DNA of 62,695 nt, filler included, from a bacterium (GCA_027063545.1; 9 parts of 9 records of this genome joined end to end with filler, not necessarily neighbours in it); one strand, 5' to 3'. Positions 39,338-50,325 are shown, numbered from the whole stretch's first letter. Numbers and translations are program-made. Notes: generated by a model from the sequence alone, not told the origin.

Positions 39338-40801
39338 ATGAAAGGCCATATTTTAATAATTCAAGAATATAATATTCTAGATAAATCATGGGTAGATGCT
39401 TTTAATAAAAATAATTTTAGTTTTGATATTTTTAATATATCAGAAGGTTCAACTCATGAGTTAAAGGAACTAAAAGAGCCTGATGTAATTCTTTTAAATA
39501 TAAACAACTTTTCATCTAAAATAGAAAGTTATATTAATTATCTAAAGTTAAACTTTCATGGTATAGAAATAATTGCCATAATTCCAATAGAAAATATAGT
39601 AAGGGTTATAGATTTAATACTGAAAAGAGGAATATTTTTGTATCTACCTAAACCAGTTGATGTTGAGAATCTTATTTTCGTTATAAAGAAAGCAATTGAT
39701 GAAAAGAAGAAGACTCAAGAGCTTAAAGAAATGGAGCTTCAAATTTTCAAAGATACATGGTATACTTCTCCTAAAATGCGAAGGATTTTAAATCTAATAT
39801 CAAAGTTGGCTATTACAGATGCTACAGTTCTTATAACAGGAGAATCAGGTACAGGTAAAGAGGTGACAGCAAAATATATTCATTCATTGAGTCATAGAAG
39901 AAACTATCCCTTTGTAGCAGTTAACATAAGTGCAATTCCTGAGAATTTAATTGAAAGTGAACTTTTTGGTTATACTAAAGGAGCATTTACTGGGGCAATG
40001 AAAGATAAACCGGGTCTTATAGAAGAAGCAAATGGGGGAACTTTATTTTTAGATGAGATAGGCGATTTACCATTTAATGTACAAGTAAAGTTATTGAGAT
40101 TTTTACAGGATAAATCTTATAGAAGGGTGGGAGACACTAGAGAGAGATATGCAAATGTAAGGATAATAGCAGCAACTAACAGAAACTTACAGGAAGAAAT
40201 AAAAAAAGGTAATTTTAGAGAAGATTTATTTTTTAGATTAAATACCTTTCATATAGAGTTGCCTCCATTAAGAGAGAGAAAAGAATGTATAACAAGTTTA
40301 GTTAATCAGTTTATTATTAAATATAATTTAATGTATAAAAAGAATATTGCTCAAATAGATAAAGAGGCAATGGTGGTATTATTTGAATATGATTATCCGG
40401 GAAATATAAGAGAATTGGAACATATAATAGAATATGCTGTTGTGATGGATGAAGATGGAGTAATAAAAATAGACGATTTACCGCCTAATATACTAAATTC
40501 TAGTAGTAAGAAGGCATTAACTTATTCATCTCTTAATTCTTTGCCTTATATAAAGGAAAGTGAGGAGAAAGAAAAAGAGGGCTACTTAATAAGAGAAAGT
40601 AGTAAAAAAGAAGATAAAAATGATTACAAAATTGTTAGAAAAGATAAAATGAGATTAAAAACCTTAAAGGAAGTTGAACTAGAATATATAAAAGAAGTAT
40701 TGGCTGTTTGTAATAATAATCATTCAGAGGCTGCTAAGATACTAGGGATAAGTAGGGCTACTTTATGGAGAAAATTAAAGGAGTTAGAAGAAAAACAATA
40801 A
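39338..40801 (+). CDS. Sigma-54-dependent enhancer-binding protein with degenerate receiver domain
   Basis: GESGTGKE, ESELFG, GAFTGA, LFLDEIG, FREDLFFRL, YPGNIREL, Fis-type HTH AAKILGISRATLWRKL. Confidence 0.93.
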   Translation: MKGHILIIQEYNILDKSWVDAFNKNNFSFDIFNISEGSTHELKELKEPDVILLNINNFSSKIESYINYLKLNFHGIEIIAIIPIENIVRVIDLILKRGIFLYLPKPVDVENLIFVIKKAIDEKKKTQELKEMELQIFKDTWYTSPKMRRILNLISKLAITDATVLITGESGTGKEVTAKYIHSLSHRRNYPFVAVNISAIPENLIESELFGYTKGAFTGAMKDKPGLIEEANGGTLFLDEIGDLPFNVQVKLLRFLQDKSYRRVGDTRERYANVRIIAATNRNLQEEIKKGNFREDLFFRLNTFHIELPPLRERKECITSLVNQFIIKYNLMYKKNIAQIDKEAMVVLFEYDYPGNIRELEHIIEYAVVMDEDGVIKIDDLPPNILNSSSKKALTYSSLNSLPYIKESEEKEKEGYLIRESSKKEDKNDYKIVRKDKMRLKTLKEVELEYIKEVLAVCNNNHSEAAKILGISRATLWRKLKELEEKQ

Positions 40802-40822
40802 TTAAAAAAAAGGGAGTAAATA

Positions 40823-41257
40823 ATGGAAAAAGAAAAGAATGAAACTAATAAAGAGACAATAATTTATTTTCCTCAGGGAATACCAGGATTTGAAGAGTAT
40901 AAAAGATATGTAATATATTTATCAGAGGAATTTTCTCCATTTAAAATTCTGAAGTCAATTGACAATGATGAGCTAAATGTTAAATTTATAATAGTAGAGA
41001 CTAATTTAATAAAACCTGATTATAAAATAGAATTGACAGATTTAGATAGAGAAGACTTAAGATATGAAGATGGGGATGTAGTACAAGATTTTTTTATTGT
41101 AACAATAGACCCAAAGAATTACAAAAACTCATATATAAACTTAATGGGACCATTGGTTATTAATTTTACTAAAGAATTAGGAAAACAATTAATAATAGAC
41201 AGATATATTGAACAGCCGTTATATTATTTTTTAAAGGAAGAGGAGAATTCTAAATAG
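40823..41257 (+). CDS. fliW: Flagellar assembly factor FliW
   Basis: [23 protein letters not shown]...GKQ; directly upstream of csrA. Confidence 0.88.
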   Translation: MEKEKNETNKETIIYFPQGIPGFEEYKRYVIYLSEEFSPFKILKSIDNDELNVKFIIVETNLIKPDYKIELTDLDREDLRYEDGDVVQDFFIVTIDPKNYKNSYINLMGPLVINFTKELGKQLIIDRYIEQPLYYFLKEEENSK

Positions 41258-41260
41258 TAA

Positions 41261-41274
41261 TTTCATGGAGGAAA
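41261..41274 (+). promoter_or_regulatory. Putative CsrA-binding hairpin over the csrA RBS
   Basis: TTTC-ATGGAG-GAAA: ANGGAN hexaloop closed by a C-G pair, ending 3 nt before ATG 41278. Confidence 0.6.
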
Positions 41275-41277
41275 AAG

Positions 41278-41523
41278 ATGTTAGTATTAACAAGAAAGAA
41301 AGGTGAAATAATAAGAATAGGAGATAATATTAAGATTATAGTTAGTGATATTCAGGGTAAAAGTGTAAAGATAGCTATAGATGCCCCTAAGGAAATTAGT
41401 ATATATAGAGAAGAAATTTATCAAAAGATATTACAGGAAAATAAAAAAGCCAATGATTCCATAAAGGATTCAAGTATTGATTTAGGAATTTTGAAGAAAT
41501 TATTTGATGGAAAGAAAAAATGA
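41278..41523 (+). CDS. csrA: Carbon storage regulator CsrA
   Basis: [15 protein letters not shown]...[19 protein letters not shown] plus C-terminal extension typical of FliW-regulated CsrA. Confidence 0.96.
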   Translation: MLVLTRKKGEIIRIGDNIKIIVSDIQGKSVKIAIDAPKEISIYREEIYQKILQENKKANDSIKDSSIDLGILKKLFDGKKK

Positions 41524-42234
41524 AAATTTTTGCTTCTTTATCACAATTTATAGAAACTCCTTATTATAAAGGAAAATTAGGTAGATGGGTTGCTAATGCG
41601 AATTTTTTAGATGCTCTTCTTGATTATTCTGATTTTGATGAATACCACTTTTATTTCAATAATATAGATTATTATCAATATTTTATAAATTATATAGAAA
41701 GTCGTCCTTACTATCATAAAGTAGAGGGAAAAATTAGAGGTTTTTATAAGAGTCAACTTATAGAAAATTTAAAAAAGTATGATTATTTTGTTTTTCATCA
41801 AACAGGCTGGTATTTAGAAAATCCGAATTTAATTTATTTAAGAAATACTAAAATAAAAAAGAAATTTGTAATAACAGGAATAACTCATTCTTTAAACGAT
41901 TTCTCTTCTATTATAGGTATGATTAAATATATTACATCACTACCATCAGATATTGATTCTATTATAGCAACCACTTCAACAGCTAAGAAAGTTTTAAATA
42001 ATTTAGAAAAAGAAGTTAAAACATTTTTATCTAATGATTATAATAATATTAAAATAAATATTTCTGTAATTCCTTTAGGTTATGAATATATGTGGGATAA
42101 AAAAACTTCTTTATTTTTGAATAAAGAGGAAGCCAGAGCGCATTTAGGTATAAATAAAGATAGTTTTATTTTGTTATATCTGGGAAGGTTATCTATAGAA
42201 ACAAAAACAGATCTATTTAATTTTTTATTTAATA
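41520..42234 (+). CDS. Glycosyltransferase family 4-like protein (3'-truncated)
   Basis: ATGA overlap with csrA; THSL, VIPLG, ARAHLGI...ILLYLGRL. Confidence 0.7.
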
Positions 42235-42334
42235 NNNNNNNNNNNNNNNNNNNNNNNNNNNNNNNNNNNNNNNNNNNNTTAATTAATTAANNNNNNNNNN
42301 NNNNNNNNNNNNNNNNNNNNNNNNNNNNNNNNNN
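42235..42334. other. Artificial contig linker
   Basis: N44-TTAATTAATTAA-N44. Confidence 0.98.
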
Positions 42335-42471
42335 CGTGGGTAGCTGTTGTAAAAAAAGGAAGAATTTTATTTGAAGTAGTAGGTTCTGATAAAGAGCTTA
42401 TATATAGAGCTTTAAAAATAGCAGCTGATAAACTTCCAGTAAAATGTAGAATAGTAGAAAGAGAGGAATAG
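42335..42471 (+). CDS. rplP: 50S ribosomal protein L16, C-terminal fragment (not in the ORF track)
   Basis: Translates as WVAVVKKGRILFEV...ALKIAADKLPVKCRIVEREE*; lies upstream of rpmC. Confidence 0.9.
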
Positions 42472-42475
42472 GGCT

Positions 42476-42688
42476 ATGAAGTATAAAGAATTACAACAAT
42501 TAAGTAATGAAGAATTATTACATAGGTTAAAAGAATTAGAAGAAGAGTTATTTAATTTAACTTTTCAGGCTTCATTAACAAAGTCTCCAAGACCATACAA
42601 AGTTAAATTTATAAGAAAAGATATTGCAAGAATTAAAACATTACTTACTCAAAGAGAAAAAGAGGGTAACGAAGATGGAAAGAAGTAG
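42476..42688 (+). CDS. rpmC: 50S ribosomal protein L29
   Basis: LEEELFNL, IRKDIARIKT; operon position. Confidence 0.93.
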   Translation: MKYKELQQLSNEELLHRLKELEEELFNLTFQASLTKSPRPYKVKFIRKDIARIKTLLTQREKEGNEDGKK

Positions 42689-42986
42689 AAGAAAGACTTT
42701 AGTAGGAAAAGTAATAAAAAAAGTATTAGATAAGACAGCCACTGTATTAGTAGAAAGAGATGTATTACATCCATTGTATAAAAAGAGAGTAAAAAAATCA
42801 AAGAAGTATTTAGTTCATGACCCTAATAATGAGGTTAGAGAAGGTTATATAGTTGAGATAATGTCTACTCGTCCAATTAGTAAAAGAAAAAAATGGAGAA
42901 TTTCTAAAATCTTACAAAAACCTCAAGTATTAGAGGGTAATGTACAAGATGAGAATGGGATTTCTGAAGAAGGAGGCGACAAATGA
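42675..42986 (+). CDS. rpsQ: 30S ribosomal protein S17
   Basis: Likely start ATG 42675; [27 protein letters not shown]; acidic C-terminal extension. Confidence 0.93.
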   Translation: MERSRRKTLVGKVIKKVLDKTATVLVERDVLHPLYKKRVKKSKKYLVHDPNNEVREGYIVEIMSTRPISKRKKWRISKILQKPQVLEGNVQDENGISEEGGDK

Positions 42987-43351
42987 TTCAGCCGCAAACT
43001 ATGTTAAAGGTAGCTGATAATACAGGTGCAAAGGTTATTATGGCAATAAGAGTTTTAGGAGGTTCTAAAAGAAAGTATGCAAGAGTTGGCGATGTTATAG
43101 TTGCTGTTGTAAAGAAAGCTCTTCCTGATGGCGTTGTAAAAGAACATCAGGTTGTAAAAGCTGTGGTTGTTAGAACAAAAGGTATAAAAAATAGAAAAGA
43201 TGGAAGTGTAATAAGATTTTCTGAAAATGCTGCTGTTATTATAAATGACCAGGGAGATCCGAGAGGTACAAGAATTTTTGGACCAGTTGCAAGAGAATTA
43301 AGAGAGAGAAATTTTACAAAGATAATCTCTTTAGCACCAGAAGTTGTATAA
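42983..43351 (+). CDS. rplN: 50S ribosomal protein L14
   Basis: MIQ...[26 protein letters not shown]. Confidence 0.97.
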   Translation: MIQPQTMLKVADNTGAKVIMAIRVLGGSKRKYARVGDVIVAVVKKALPDGVVKEHQVVKAVVVRTKGIKNRKDGSVIRFSENAAVIINDQGDPRGTRIFGPVARELRERNFTKIISLAPEVV

Positions 43352-43372
43352 TTAATTAAATGGAGAGAGAAT

Positions 43373-43726
43373 ATGTGGAAGATAAAAAAGGGTGATTTAG
43401 TTAAAGTAATTAAAGGTAGGGCAAGAAATCAATATGCTAAATTAGGAGAAAAGTTTGCTGAAGAGCCTGGTGTAGGTAAGGTAATTAAGGTATCCCATAA
43501 AAAAAATAGAGTATGGGTTGAAGGATTAAATTTAGTTTATAAACATAAAAGGCCGGACCAGAATAATCCAAAAGGAAGGATAATACAAATAGAAGCACCT
43601 ATACATATTTCTAATATAATGTTAATCTGCCCTAAATGTGGTAAGCCTACAAGAGTAGGTATTAAAGTATTAGAAGATGGGACAAAGCATAGATATTGTA
43701 AAAAATGTGGAGAACTTATAGACTAA
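43373..43726 (+). CDS. rplX: 50S ribosomal protein L24
   Basis: IKKGD.V.VI.G, VEGLN, EAPIHISN, CPKC..CKKC. Confidence 0.95.
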   Translation: MWKIKKGDLVKVIKGRARNQYAKLGEKFAEEPGVGKVIKVSHKKNRVWVEGLNLVYKHKRPDQNNPKGRIIQIEAPIHISNIMLICPKCGKPTRVGIKVLEDGTKHRYCKKCGELID

Positions 43727-43746
43727 AAAAAGTGAGGGTTTGAACT

Positions 43747-44289
43747 ATGTTAAAAGAGAAGTATATAGAAGAAGTAGTACCAGCTTTTTTACAGGAAGAT
43801 GGATATAAAAATATATATCAAGTACCTAAAATAGAAAAGATAACATTAAATATTGGAGTAGGAAGGGCTATAGAAAATCCTAGATTATTGGAAGTAGCTG
43901 TAGAAACTTTAACAACAATTGCTGGACAAAAACCTGTAGTAACAAGGGCTAAAAAAGCTATTTCTAATTTTAAGTTAAGGAAAGGTCATGCTATTGGGGC
44001 AATGGTAACATTGAGGAGACAGAGAATGTGGGACTTTTTAGATAGACTTGTTTATATAGCTCTTCCAAGAGTAAGAGATTTTAGAGGATTATCTCCAAAT
44101 TCCTTTGACGGAAGGGGAAATTATAATTTTGGGATTAAAGAGCAAATTATCTTTCCTGAGATTGATTATGATAAAGTAGATATTATTTTAGGGATGAATA
44201 TAACAATAGTTACAACAGCAAAAAATGATGAAGAAGCATATAAGTTGTTAGATAGATTAGGATTCCCATTTAGAAAGAGAAATAAATAA
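43747..44289 (+). CDS. rplE: 50S ribosomal protein L5
   Basis: [35 protein letters not shown]. Confidence 0.97.
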   Translation: MLKEKYIEEVVPAFLQEDGYKNIYQVPKIEKITLNIGVGRAIENPRLLEVAVETLTTIAGQKPVVTRAKKAISNFKLRKGHAIGAMVTLRRQRMWDFLDRLVYIALPRVRDFRGLSPNSFDGRGNYNFGIKEQIIFPEIDYDKVDIILGMNITIVTTAKNDEEAYKLLDRLGFPFRKRNK

Positions 44290-44321
44290 TATAAATAATA
44301 AAAAAAACAGGAGATTTATAA

Positions 44322-44507
44322 GTGGCTAGAAAAGCATTAATTGAAAAATGGAAAAAACCAAAAAAGTTTAAAGTAAGAGAATATAATAGATGTAAAGTTT
44401 GTGGTAGACCAAGAGCTTATTATAGAGATTTTGGATTATGTAGAATTTGTTTAAGAAAATATGCCCATGAGGGCTTAATCCCTGGACTTAAAAAAGCCAG
44501 TTGGTAA
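44322..44507 (+). CDS. rpsN: 30S ribosomal protein S14, zinc-binding type
   Basis: 61 aa, RCKVCGR...LCRIC, PG..KASW; GTG start. Confidence 0.96.
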   Translation: MARKALIEKWKKPKKFKVREYNRCKVCGRPRAYYRDFGLCRICLRKYAHEGLIPGLKKASW

Positions 44508-44520
44508 AGGAGGTTGAGGC

Positions 44521-44919
44521 ATGTCTTTAAATACAGATCCAATAGCTGATATGCTTGCAAGAATTAGAAATGCTTTAATGAGGAAAAAAGAATTTGTAGA
44601 TATTCCATTTTCTAAATTTAAATTAACAATAATTAAAATATTAAAGAGAGAAGGTTATATATTAGATTATGCAATAATTGATTTAAAGCCAGCACCTATT
44701 ATAAAAGTATTTTTAAAATATAAAGATGGTGAACCTGTTATTCATGAATTAAAAAGGGTATCTAAACCTGGTAGAAGAATATATGTAAATTCTAAGAATA
44801 TTCCGACAGTAATAAATGGTTTAGGAATAGCAATTATTTCAACATCAAAAGGTGTATTAACAGATAAAGAGGCAAGGAAGGAGAACGTTGGGGGAGAATT
44901 AGTTTGTACTATATGGTAA
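44521..44919 (+). CDS. rpsH: 30S ribosomal protein S8
   Basis: [29 protein letters not shown]. Confidence 0.97.
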   Translation: MSLNTDPIADMLARIRNALMRKKEFVDIPFSKFKLTIIKILKREGYILDYAIIDLKPAPIIKVFLKYKDGEPVIHELKRVSKPGRRIYVNSKNIPTVINGLGIAIISTSKGVLTDKEARKENVGGELVCTIW

Positions 44920-44953
44920 TAAAGAAAGTTTAATAGTTAAAAGGAGATGAAAA

Positions 44954-45490
44954 GTGTCTAGGGTTGGAAGATTGCCTATAGAGGTCACAAATAATTTGAA
45001 GGTTAATATAACAGATGGTAAAATAGAGATTTCAAATGGAAAAGATTCATTATTATTAGATATACCTTCAGTTATAGATGTAAAGTTTAAAAATAATACT
45101 ATTACAGTAAGTAGAAAAGAGGAAACAAAGGAAGCAAAAGCTTTACATGGTACTATCAGAGCTTTAATTAATAATATGGTTATAGGATTAACTAAAGGTT
45201 TTACAAAGAATTTAGAATTAGTAGGTATAGGTTACAAGGCTGAAGTAAAAGGTAATGAATTAGTTTTAAATTTAGGATATAGTCATCCTGTAATTTATAA
45301 GATACCTGAAGGAATAAATATTAAAGTTGAGAAAAATACTAAGGTTATAGTATCTGGAATAGATAAACAAAAAGTAGGACAGGTTGCAGCAGAAATTAGA
45401 GCTTTTAGAAAGCCAGAACCATATAAGGGTAAAGGTATAAGATATGAAGGTGAATATATAATGATGAAAGCAGGAAAACGTTCTAAGTAG
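44954..45490 (+). CDS. rplF: 50S ribosomal protein L6
   Basis: SRVGRLPI, GYSHP, PEPYKGKGI; GTG start. Confidence 0.97.
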   Translation: MSRVGRLPIEVTNNLKVNITDGKIEISNGKDSLLLDIPSVIDVKFKNNTITVSRKEETKEAKALHGTIRALINNMVIGLTKGFTKNLELVGIGYKAEVKGNELVLNLGYSHPVIYKIPEGINIKVEKNTKVIVSGIDKQKVGQVAAEIRAFRKPEPYKGKGIRYEGEYIMMKAGKRSK

Positions 45491-45506
45491 TTAAAGGAGT
45501 AATGCC

Positions 45507-45866
45507 ATGATAAGAGATAAAGCAAAGGATAGATTAATAGCAAGAAAAAGAAGACATTTTAGAATAAGGAAGAAGATTTCAGGAACACCTGAGAGACCAC
45601 GATTGGTGGTAAGAAAAACATTAAAACATATGATAGCTCAGATTTTTGATGATGTAAACGGTAAAAGTTTAGTTCAAATGAATACAACAATTATAAAAGA
45701 TAAGATGACAAAAACAGAAAAAGCTAGACTCTTAGGAAAGATGTTAGCAGAGAGGGCTTTATCTTTAGGAATAAAGAAGGTTGTATTTGATAGAGGTGGT
45801 TATCCATATCATGGTAGAGTAAAGGCTTTAGCTGAAGGTGCAAGAGAAGGAGGATTAGAATTTTAA
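45507..45866 (+). CDS. rplR: 50S ribosomal protein L18
   Basis: [32 protein letters not shown]. Confidence 0.96.
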   Translation: MIRDKAKDRLIARKRRHFRIRKKISGTPERPRLVVRKTLKHMIAQIFDDVNGKSLVQMNTTIIKDKMTKTEKARLLGKMLAERALSLGIKKVVFDRGGYPYHGRVKALAEGAREGGLEF

Positions 45867-45888
45867 CCTTATTTAAGGAGTAGGAGTA

Positions 45889-46449
45889 ATGGTGGAGAAA
45901 AAACAGAAACAATTAAATTCTCAAGTAGAAGAACAAGAATTATTTGAAAGAGTAGTAAAGATAAATAGATTAGCAAAAGTAGTTACAGGTGGTAGAAGAT
46001 TTAGTTTTAGTGCTATTGTTGTTGTTGGTGATAAGAAAGGAAGAGTAGGCGTTGGACTTGGTAAAGCAAAACAAGTTCCAGATGCTATTAGAAAAGGTAA
46101 AGAAAAAGCAATAAAGAATATGGTAAAAATTCCTGTTGTAAAAGGAACAATACCTCATGAAATAGTTGGTAAACATGATGCTGTAAGAGTTTTACTAAAA
46201 CCAGCAGCTCCAGGTACAGGTATAATAGCATCAAATGTTGTAAGAGCAATATGTGAACTTGCAGGAATTGAAAATATTTTGACAAAAATTATTTCTAGAA
46301 GTTCAAATCCTCATAATGTTGCTTATGCAACAATAGATGGATTAACAAGAATAAAAACTGTGGAAGAATATGCTAAATTAAGAGATTTAAGTATTCCAGA
46401 AATGTTGGGATTAGATAGTAAGAAGTCCAATGAAAAGGAGGATAAATAA
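45889..46449 (+). CDS. rpsE: 30S ribosomal protein S5
   Basis: [25 protein letters not shown]. Confidence 0.97.
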   Translation: MVEKKQKQLNSQVEEQELFERVVKINRLAKVVTGGRRFSFSAIVVVGDKKGRVGVGLGKAKQVPDAIRKGKEKAIKNMVKIPVVKGTIPHEIVGKHDAVRVLLKPAAPGTGIIASNVVRAICELAGIENILTKIISRSSNPHNVAYATIDGLTRIKTVEEYAKLRDLSIPEMLGLDSKKSNEKEDK

Positions 46450-46934
46450 TGCTTATACACGACTTAAAACCAAATAAGGGAGCTGTAAAAGTTAAAAAAA
46501 GAGTTGGTAGAGGACCTGGTTCTGGTTTAGGAAAAACATCAGGTAGAGGACAAAAAGGTGATGGGGCAAGAAGTGGATCTAAGAAAAGAGCGTGGTTTGA
46601 AGGTGGTCAAACACCTTTACATAGAAGATTACCTAAAAGAGGATTTTCTAATGCTTTATTTAAAAAAGAATATCAAATAGTAAATGTTGGTGTTCTTAAT
46701 GATCTATTTGATGATGGAGAAGAAATTGATATTCTAAAATTATATGATTTTAATTTAATCAAAAATTTAAAAACACCTGTAAAGATTTTAGGAAATGGAG
46801 ATGTAAATAAAAAATTTACATTAATAGTTGATGCTATAAGTGAATCTGCAAAGGAAAAGATAGAAAAAGCTGGAGGGAAAGTCGTTTTAACTTCCCAAAT
46901 AGAAATAAAACAAGAGGTAGAAGGTGATAAGTAA
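46449..46934 (+). CDS. rplO: 50S ribosomal protein L15
   Basis: [44 protein letters not shown] overlap with rpsE. Confidence 0.97.
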   Translation: MLIHDLKPNKGAVKVKKRVGRGPGSGLGKTSGRGQKGDGARSGSKKRAWFEGGQTPLHRRLPKRGFSNALFKKEYQIVNVGVLNDLFDDGEEIDILKLYDFNLIKNLKTPVKILGNGDVNKKFTLIVDAISESAKEKIEKAGGKVVLTSQIEIKQEVEGDK

Positions 46935-48240
46935 ATTAAAAACTATATGGGAAATTAAAGAATTAAGAGATAGGATCTTGTTCACTTTTTTTATAATTTT
47001 AATTTATAGAATCGGGGCCCATATTCCTATACCAGGTATTAATACTAGAGAATTAGCTAATTATTTTATGTCAAAAAGCAATACACTATTTGATTTGTAT
47101 AATATGTTCGCTGGTGGGGCTTTTAAAAAAGCTACAATTTTTGCTTTAGGTATTATGCCTTATATTAGTGCTTCTATTATAATGCAACTTTTAGGTGTAA
47201 TATATGAGCCTATAAAGAGATTGCAAAATGAAGGAATGGAAGGAAGGAAACAGATAATTCAATATACAAGATATGGTACTATTTTCTTATCATCACTTCA
47301 GGCATTAGGAATTTCTATATTTTTAACTAGTATTAAAGATTTTAATATAATATTGATTAATAGAGTATTTTTTACTATAGTGGCTGTTGTTGTTTTAACT
47401 ACAGGTACTGTAATTCTCATGTGGTTTGGTGAGAGAATAACAGAAAAAGGCATAGGTAATGGTATATCTTTATTAATTTTTTTAGGAATAATTTCAAGAC
47501 TTCCTGCAGCAGTAATTCAAGAAATTAAAAAGTGGACTGTGGGAGCTACTTCTACCTTGGGGATTTTCGGAGTATTAGTATTTATTGTCTTAACAACTGC
47601 GGCGGTAGTATATTTAACATTAGGTACAAGAAAGATTCCTATTCAGACAACTAAGAGGATAATTGGGAATAAAATAATGGGTGGTCAGACAACCTATTTA
47701 CCTATAAGGGTAAATAGTGTTGGAGTAATTGCAATTATTTTTGCTAGTTCATTTTTATTTGTACCAAATACTATAGCTTCATTTTTCCCTAATGTAGAAC
47801 CTATTCAAGTTTTAGCATCTTATTTTAGACCAGGAAATTGGGTATATACAATAATATATACATTTTTAATTATAATTTTTATGTATCTCTATACAGCTAT
47901 TCAATTTAATCCTTATGATATTGCAGAAAATTTAAGAAAACAAGGTGCTTTTATTCCGGGTTATAGAGCTGGTAAATGGACTGCAGAATACCTAGATAAA
48001 GTATTAACAAGACTTACCCTTCCAGCTTCCATTTTTATAGCACTTGTTGCTATAATACCTGATTATATATCATATAAAATGAATTGGGGATTTTATTTAG
48101 GTGGAACAACTCTTTTAATTGTTGTAGGAGTTGCTTTGGATGTTGCTCAACAAATAGAAGGACATCTATTAATGCACCAATATGATGGGCTGATGGGTTC
48201 TACAAGAATTAGAGGAAGAAGATCCAGCTTTTATTATTAA
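46924..48240 (+). CDS. secY: Preprotein translocase SecY
   Basis: [44 protein letters not shown]. Confidence 0.97.
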   Translation: MISKLKTIWEIKELRDRILFTFFIILIYRIGAHIPIPGINTRELANYFMSKSNTLFDLYNMFAGGAFKKATIFALGIMPYISASIIMQLLGVIYEPIKRLQNEGMEGRKQIIQYTRYGTIFLSSLQALGISIFLTSIKDFNIILINRVFFTIVAVVVLTTGTVILMWFGERITEKGIGNGISLLIFLGIISRLPAAVIQEIKKWTVGATSTLGIFGVLVFIVLTTAAVVYLTLGTRKIPIQTTKRIIGNKIMGGQTTYLPIRVNSVGVIAIIFASSFLFVPNTIASFFPNVEPIQVLASYFRPGNWVYTIIYTFLIIIFMYLYTAIQFNPYDIAENLRKQGAFIPGYRAGKWTAEYLDKVLTRLTLPASIFIALVAIIPDYISYKMNWGFYLGGTTLLIVVGVALDVAQQIEGHLLMHQYDGLMGSTRIRGRRSSFYY

Positions 48241-48251
48241 AAAGGAGATAT

Positions 48252-48911
48252 ATGAACATGATATTGATATTATTAGGAGCTCCAGGCGCAGGTAAAGGTA
48301 CTCAGTCAGAGAGAATAATAGAGGATTATAATATAATTCAAATTTCTACAGGTGACATTTTAAGAGAAGAGGTAAAAAAGGAGACTGAGTTAGGGAAAAT
48401 TGCAAAATCTTATATGGATAAAGGAGAATTAGTTCCTGATGATATTATAATAGGTATGATGGAAAATAGATTAAAACAAGATGACGCCCAAAATGGTGTT
48501 ATTTTAGATGGATTCCCTAGAACAATAGCTCAGGCAGAGGCTTTAGATAAGTTATTAGAAAAGTTAGGAAAAAAACTGGATGTTGTTATAAACTTGGAAG
48601 TACCTTTTGATGTCTTAGTTAATAGGCTGACAGCACGAGTTTATTGTTCGGTTTGTAAAAAGACATATAATTTGATATTTTCTCCTCCAAAAATCGAAGG
48701 TGTATGTGATGTTTGTGGAGGAAGATTGGTTAGAAGAGACGATGATAATGAAGAAACTGTAAAAAATAGATTAAATGTATATTTAGAACAGACTCAGCCT
48801 TTAATAGATTATTATAAAGAAAAGGGTATTTTAAAGAATATTGATGGTAATAGGTCACCGGATGAAGTATATAATGATATAAAAAATATTTTGGAAAATA
48901 TAAAAAAATAA
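48252..48911 (+). CDS. adk: Adenylate kinase with four-Cys zinc lid
   Basis: GAPGAGKGT, STGD, LDGFPR, CSVC...CDVC, RDDD. Confidence 0.97.
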   Translation: MNMILILLGAPGAGKGTQSERIIEDYNIIQISTGDILREEVKKETELGKIAKSYMDKGELVPDDIIIGMMENRLKQDDAQNGVILDGFPRTIAQAEALDKLLEKLGKKLDVVINLEVPFDVLVNRLTARVYCSVCKKTYNLIFSPPKIEGVCDVCGGRLVRRDDDNEETVKNRLNVYLEQTQPLIDYYKEKGILKNIDGNRSPDEVYNDIKNILENIKK

Positions 48912-48925
48912 TTATTTTTCCTTTT

Positions 48926-49111
48926 TTGAAAACAATGTATTCAAAAAGAGAATTAGACATAATAAAGGAAAATGGTAAGTTTTTAGGAGAACTTTTTAAT
49001 ATTTTAAAAGATGTTGTTAAACCAGGAATAAGTACAAAAGAAATAGATGAGTTTATAGAAAGAAAAATTAAAAAATATAAGGCTATACCTTCCTTTAAAG
49101 GATATATGGGT
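48926..49111 (+). CDS. map: Methionine aminopeptidase, N-terminal fragment
   Basis: KPGISTKEID, A.PSFKGY.G; follows adk. Confidence 0.85.
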
Positions 49112-49211
49112 NNNNNNNNNNNNNNNNNNNNNNNNNNNNNNNNNNNNNNNNNNNNTTAATTAATTAANNNNNNNNNNNNNNNNNNNNNNNNNNNNNNNNN
49201 NNNNNNNNNNN
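49112..49211. other. Artificial contig linker
   Basis: N44-TTAATTAATTAA-N44. Confidence 0.98.
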
Positions 49212-49572
49212 CACAACAATATTTTTAATAATAACAGGAATTATAGCAGGATTTATATCTGGATTATTAGGTATTGGAGGAGGCGGTTTTCTATCACCAC
49301 TTTATTCATTATTTGGATATTCTCCTATAATTATTTCCAATATTACTATATTTTTTGTTCCAATTACTTCATTTATAGGATTTTTAACATATTTAGTAGA
49401 GAAGCAAGTAGATTATATAATGCTTTTTGCAGTAGCTGTAGGAGGTTTTTTAGGAGGTTATTTATCACATTTTGTTCAAAAGAACTATTTAAAATCCAAA
49501 CATATAAAAATTATCTTATCTTTAATATTTATAATCATAGGGTTAAAATTATTATTCAAGCATCTTTTTTAA
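49212..49572 (+). CDS. TauE/SafE (TSUP) family membrane protein, C-terminal part (not in the ORF track)
   Basis: Open frame from the contig edge: TGIIAGFISGLLGIGGGGF...VGGFLGGY...KHLF*. Confidence 0.8.
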
Positions 49573-49575
49573 AAT

Positions 49576-50313
49576 ATGTTAGATTGGAATTTATTTACTT
49601 ATCAATATTATGTTGAGATTACTAATTTTAAAGGACCAATTGGATTATTAATAGATTTAATAGAAAAACAAAAAATAGATTTAAAAGATATACCTATTTC
49701 AGAGATAACTTCTCAATATTTAGAACATATTGAAATTATAAAAGAAATAGATATAAATAAAGCTTCTGATTTTATTGCTATGGCTTCATTTTTATTAAAA
49801 GTGAAAGCGGAGTATCTTCTATATGAAAAACAACAAGATAAATCAGAAGAATTAGACCCGAGAAGAAAGATTATAAAAAAGATAGAGGAGTACAAGCTAT
49901 ATAAAGAAATATCTAAAAAGTTAAGTAAGATGTTAAATATAACTTATTTTAAAAGTGATATAGCTAAATTTGATCCTATAGAAATAGATACAGAACAAAG
50001 ATATTATTTAAATATAAAAGATTTAGTGGAAGTTTATTTAGATATCCTAAAGCGTTATAAAAGATTGTTAGAAGATCAAAATTTTTATACATCAAAGTAT
50101 AGGATAGAGGAGGAAATAAAGAAAATTTTAGAAATCATCAAAAAATTTAAAGAGGTTTATTTTGAAGATATAGTAAAAGAAAAAGAAGGGGATAAAGAGT
50201 ATATGATTACCAATTTTATGGCTATTTTGGAATTAGCTAAATTACAGAATATAAGACTATCGCAGCAAAAAAATTTTGATAGAATAAAATTATTTCTTAA
50301 TAGATATGAATAA
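49576..50313 (+). CDS. scpA: Segregation and condensation protein A (kleisin)
   Basis: FKGPI.LL..LI, I.EIT.QYL, FIAMAS.LL..K, DPR, FMAILELAK. Confidence 0.9.
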   Translation: MLDWNLFTYQYYVEITNFKGPIGLLIDLIEKQKIDLKDIPISEITSQYLEHIEIIKEIDINKASDFIAMASFLLKVKAEYLLYEKQQDKSEELDPRRKIIKKIEEYKLYKEISKKLSKMLNITYFKSDIAKFDPIEIDTEQRYYLNIKDLVEVYLDILKRYKRLLEDQNFYTSKYRIEEEIKKILEIIKKFKEVYFEDIVKEKEGDKEYMITNFMAILELAKLQNIRLSQQKNFDRIKLFLNRYE

Positions 50314-50325
50314 AAGGAAGTTTAT

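Noticed and set aside
35816..40801. RtcR-type regulation of rtcB by the downstream sigma-54 activator
   Set aside because: The activator has a receiver-like rather than CARF N-terminus, and I see no -24/-12 TGGC..TTGC motif upstream of rtcB.
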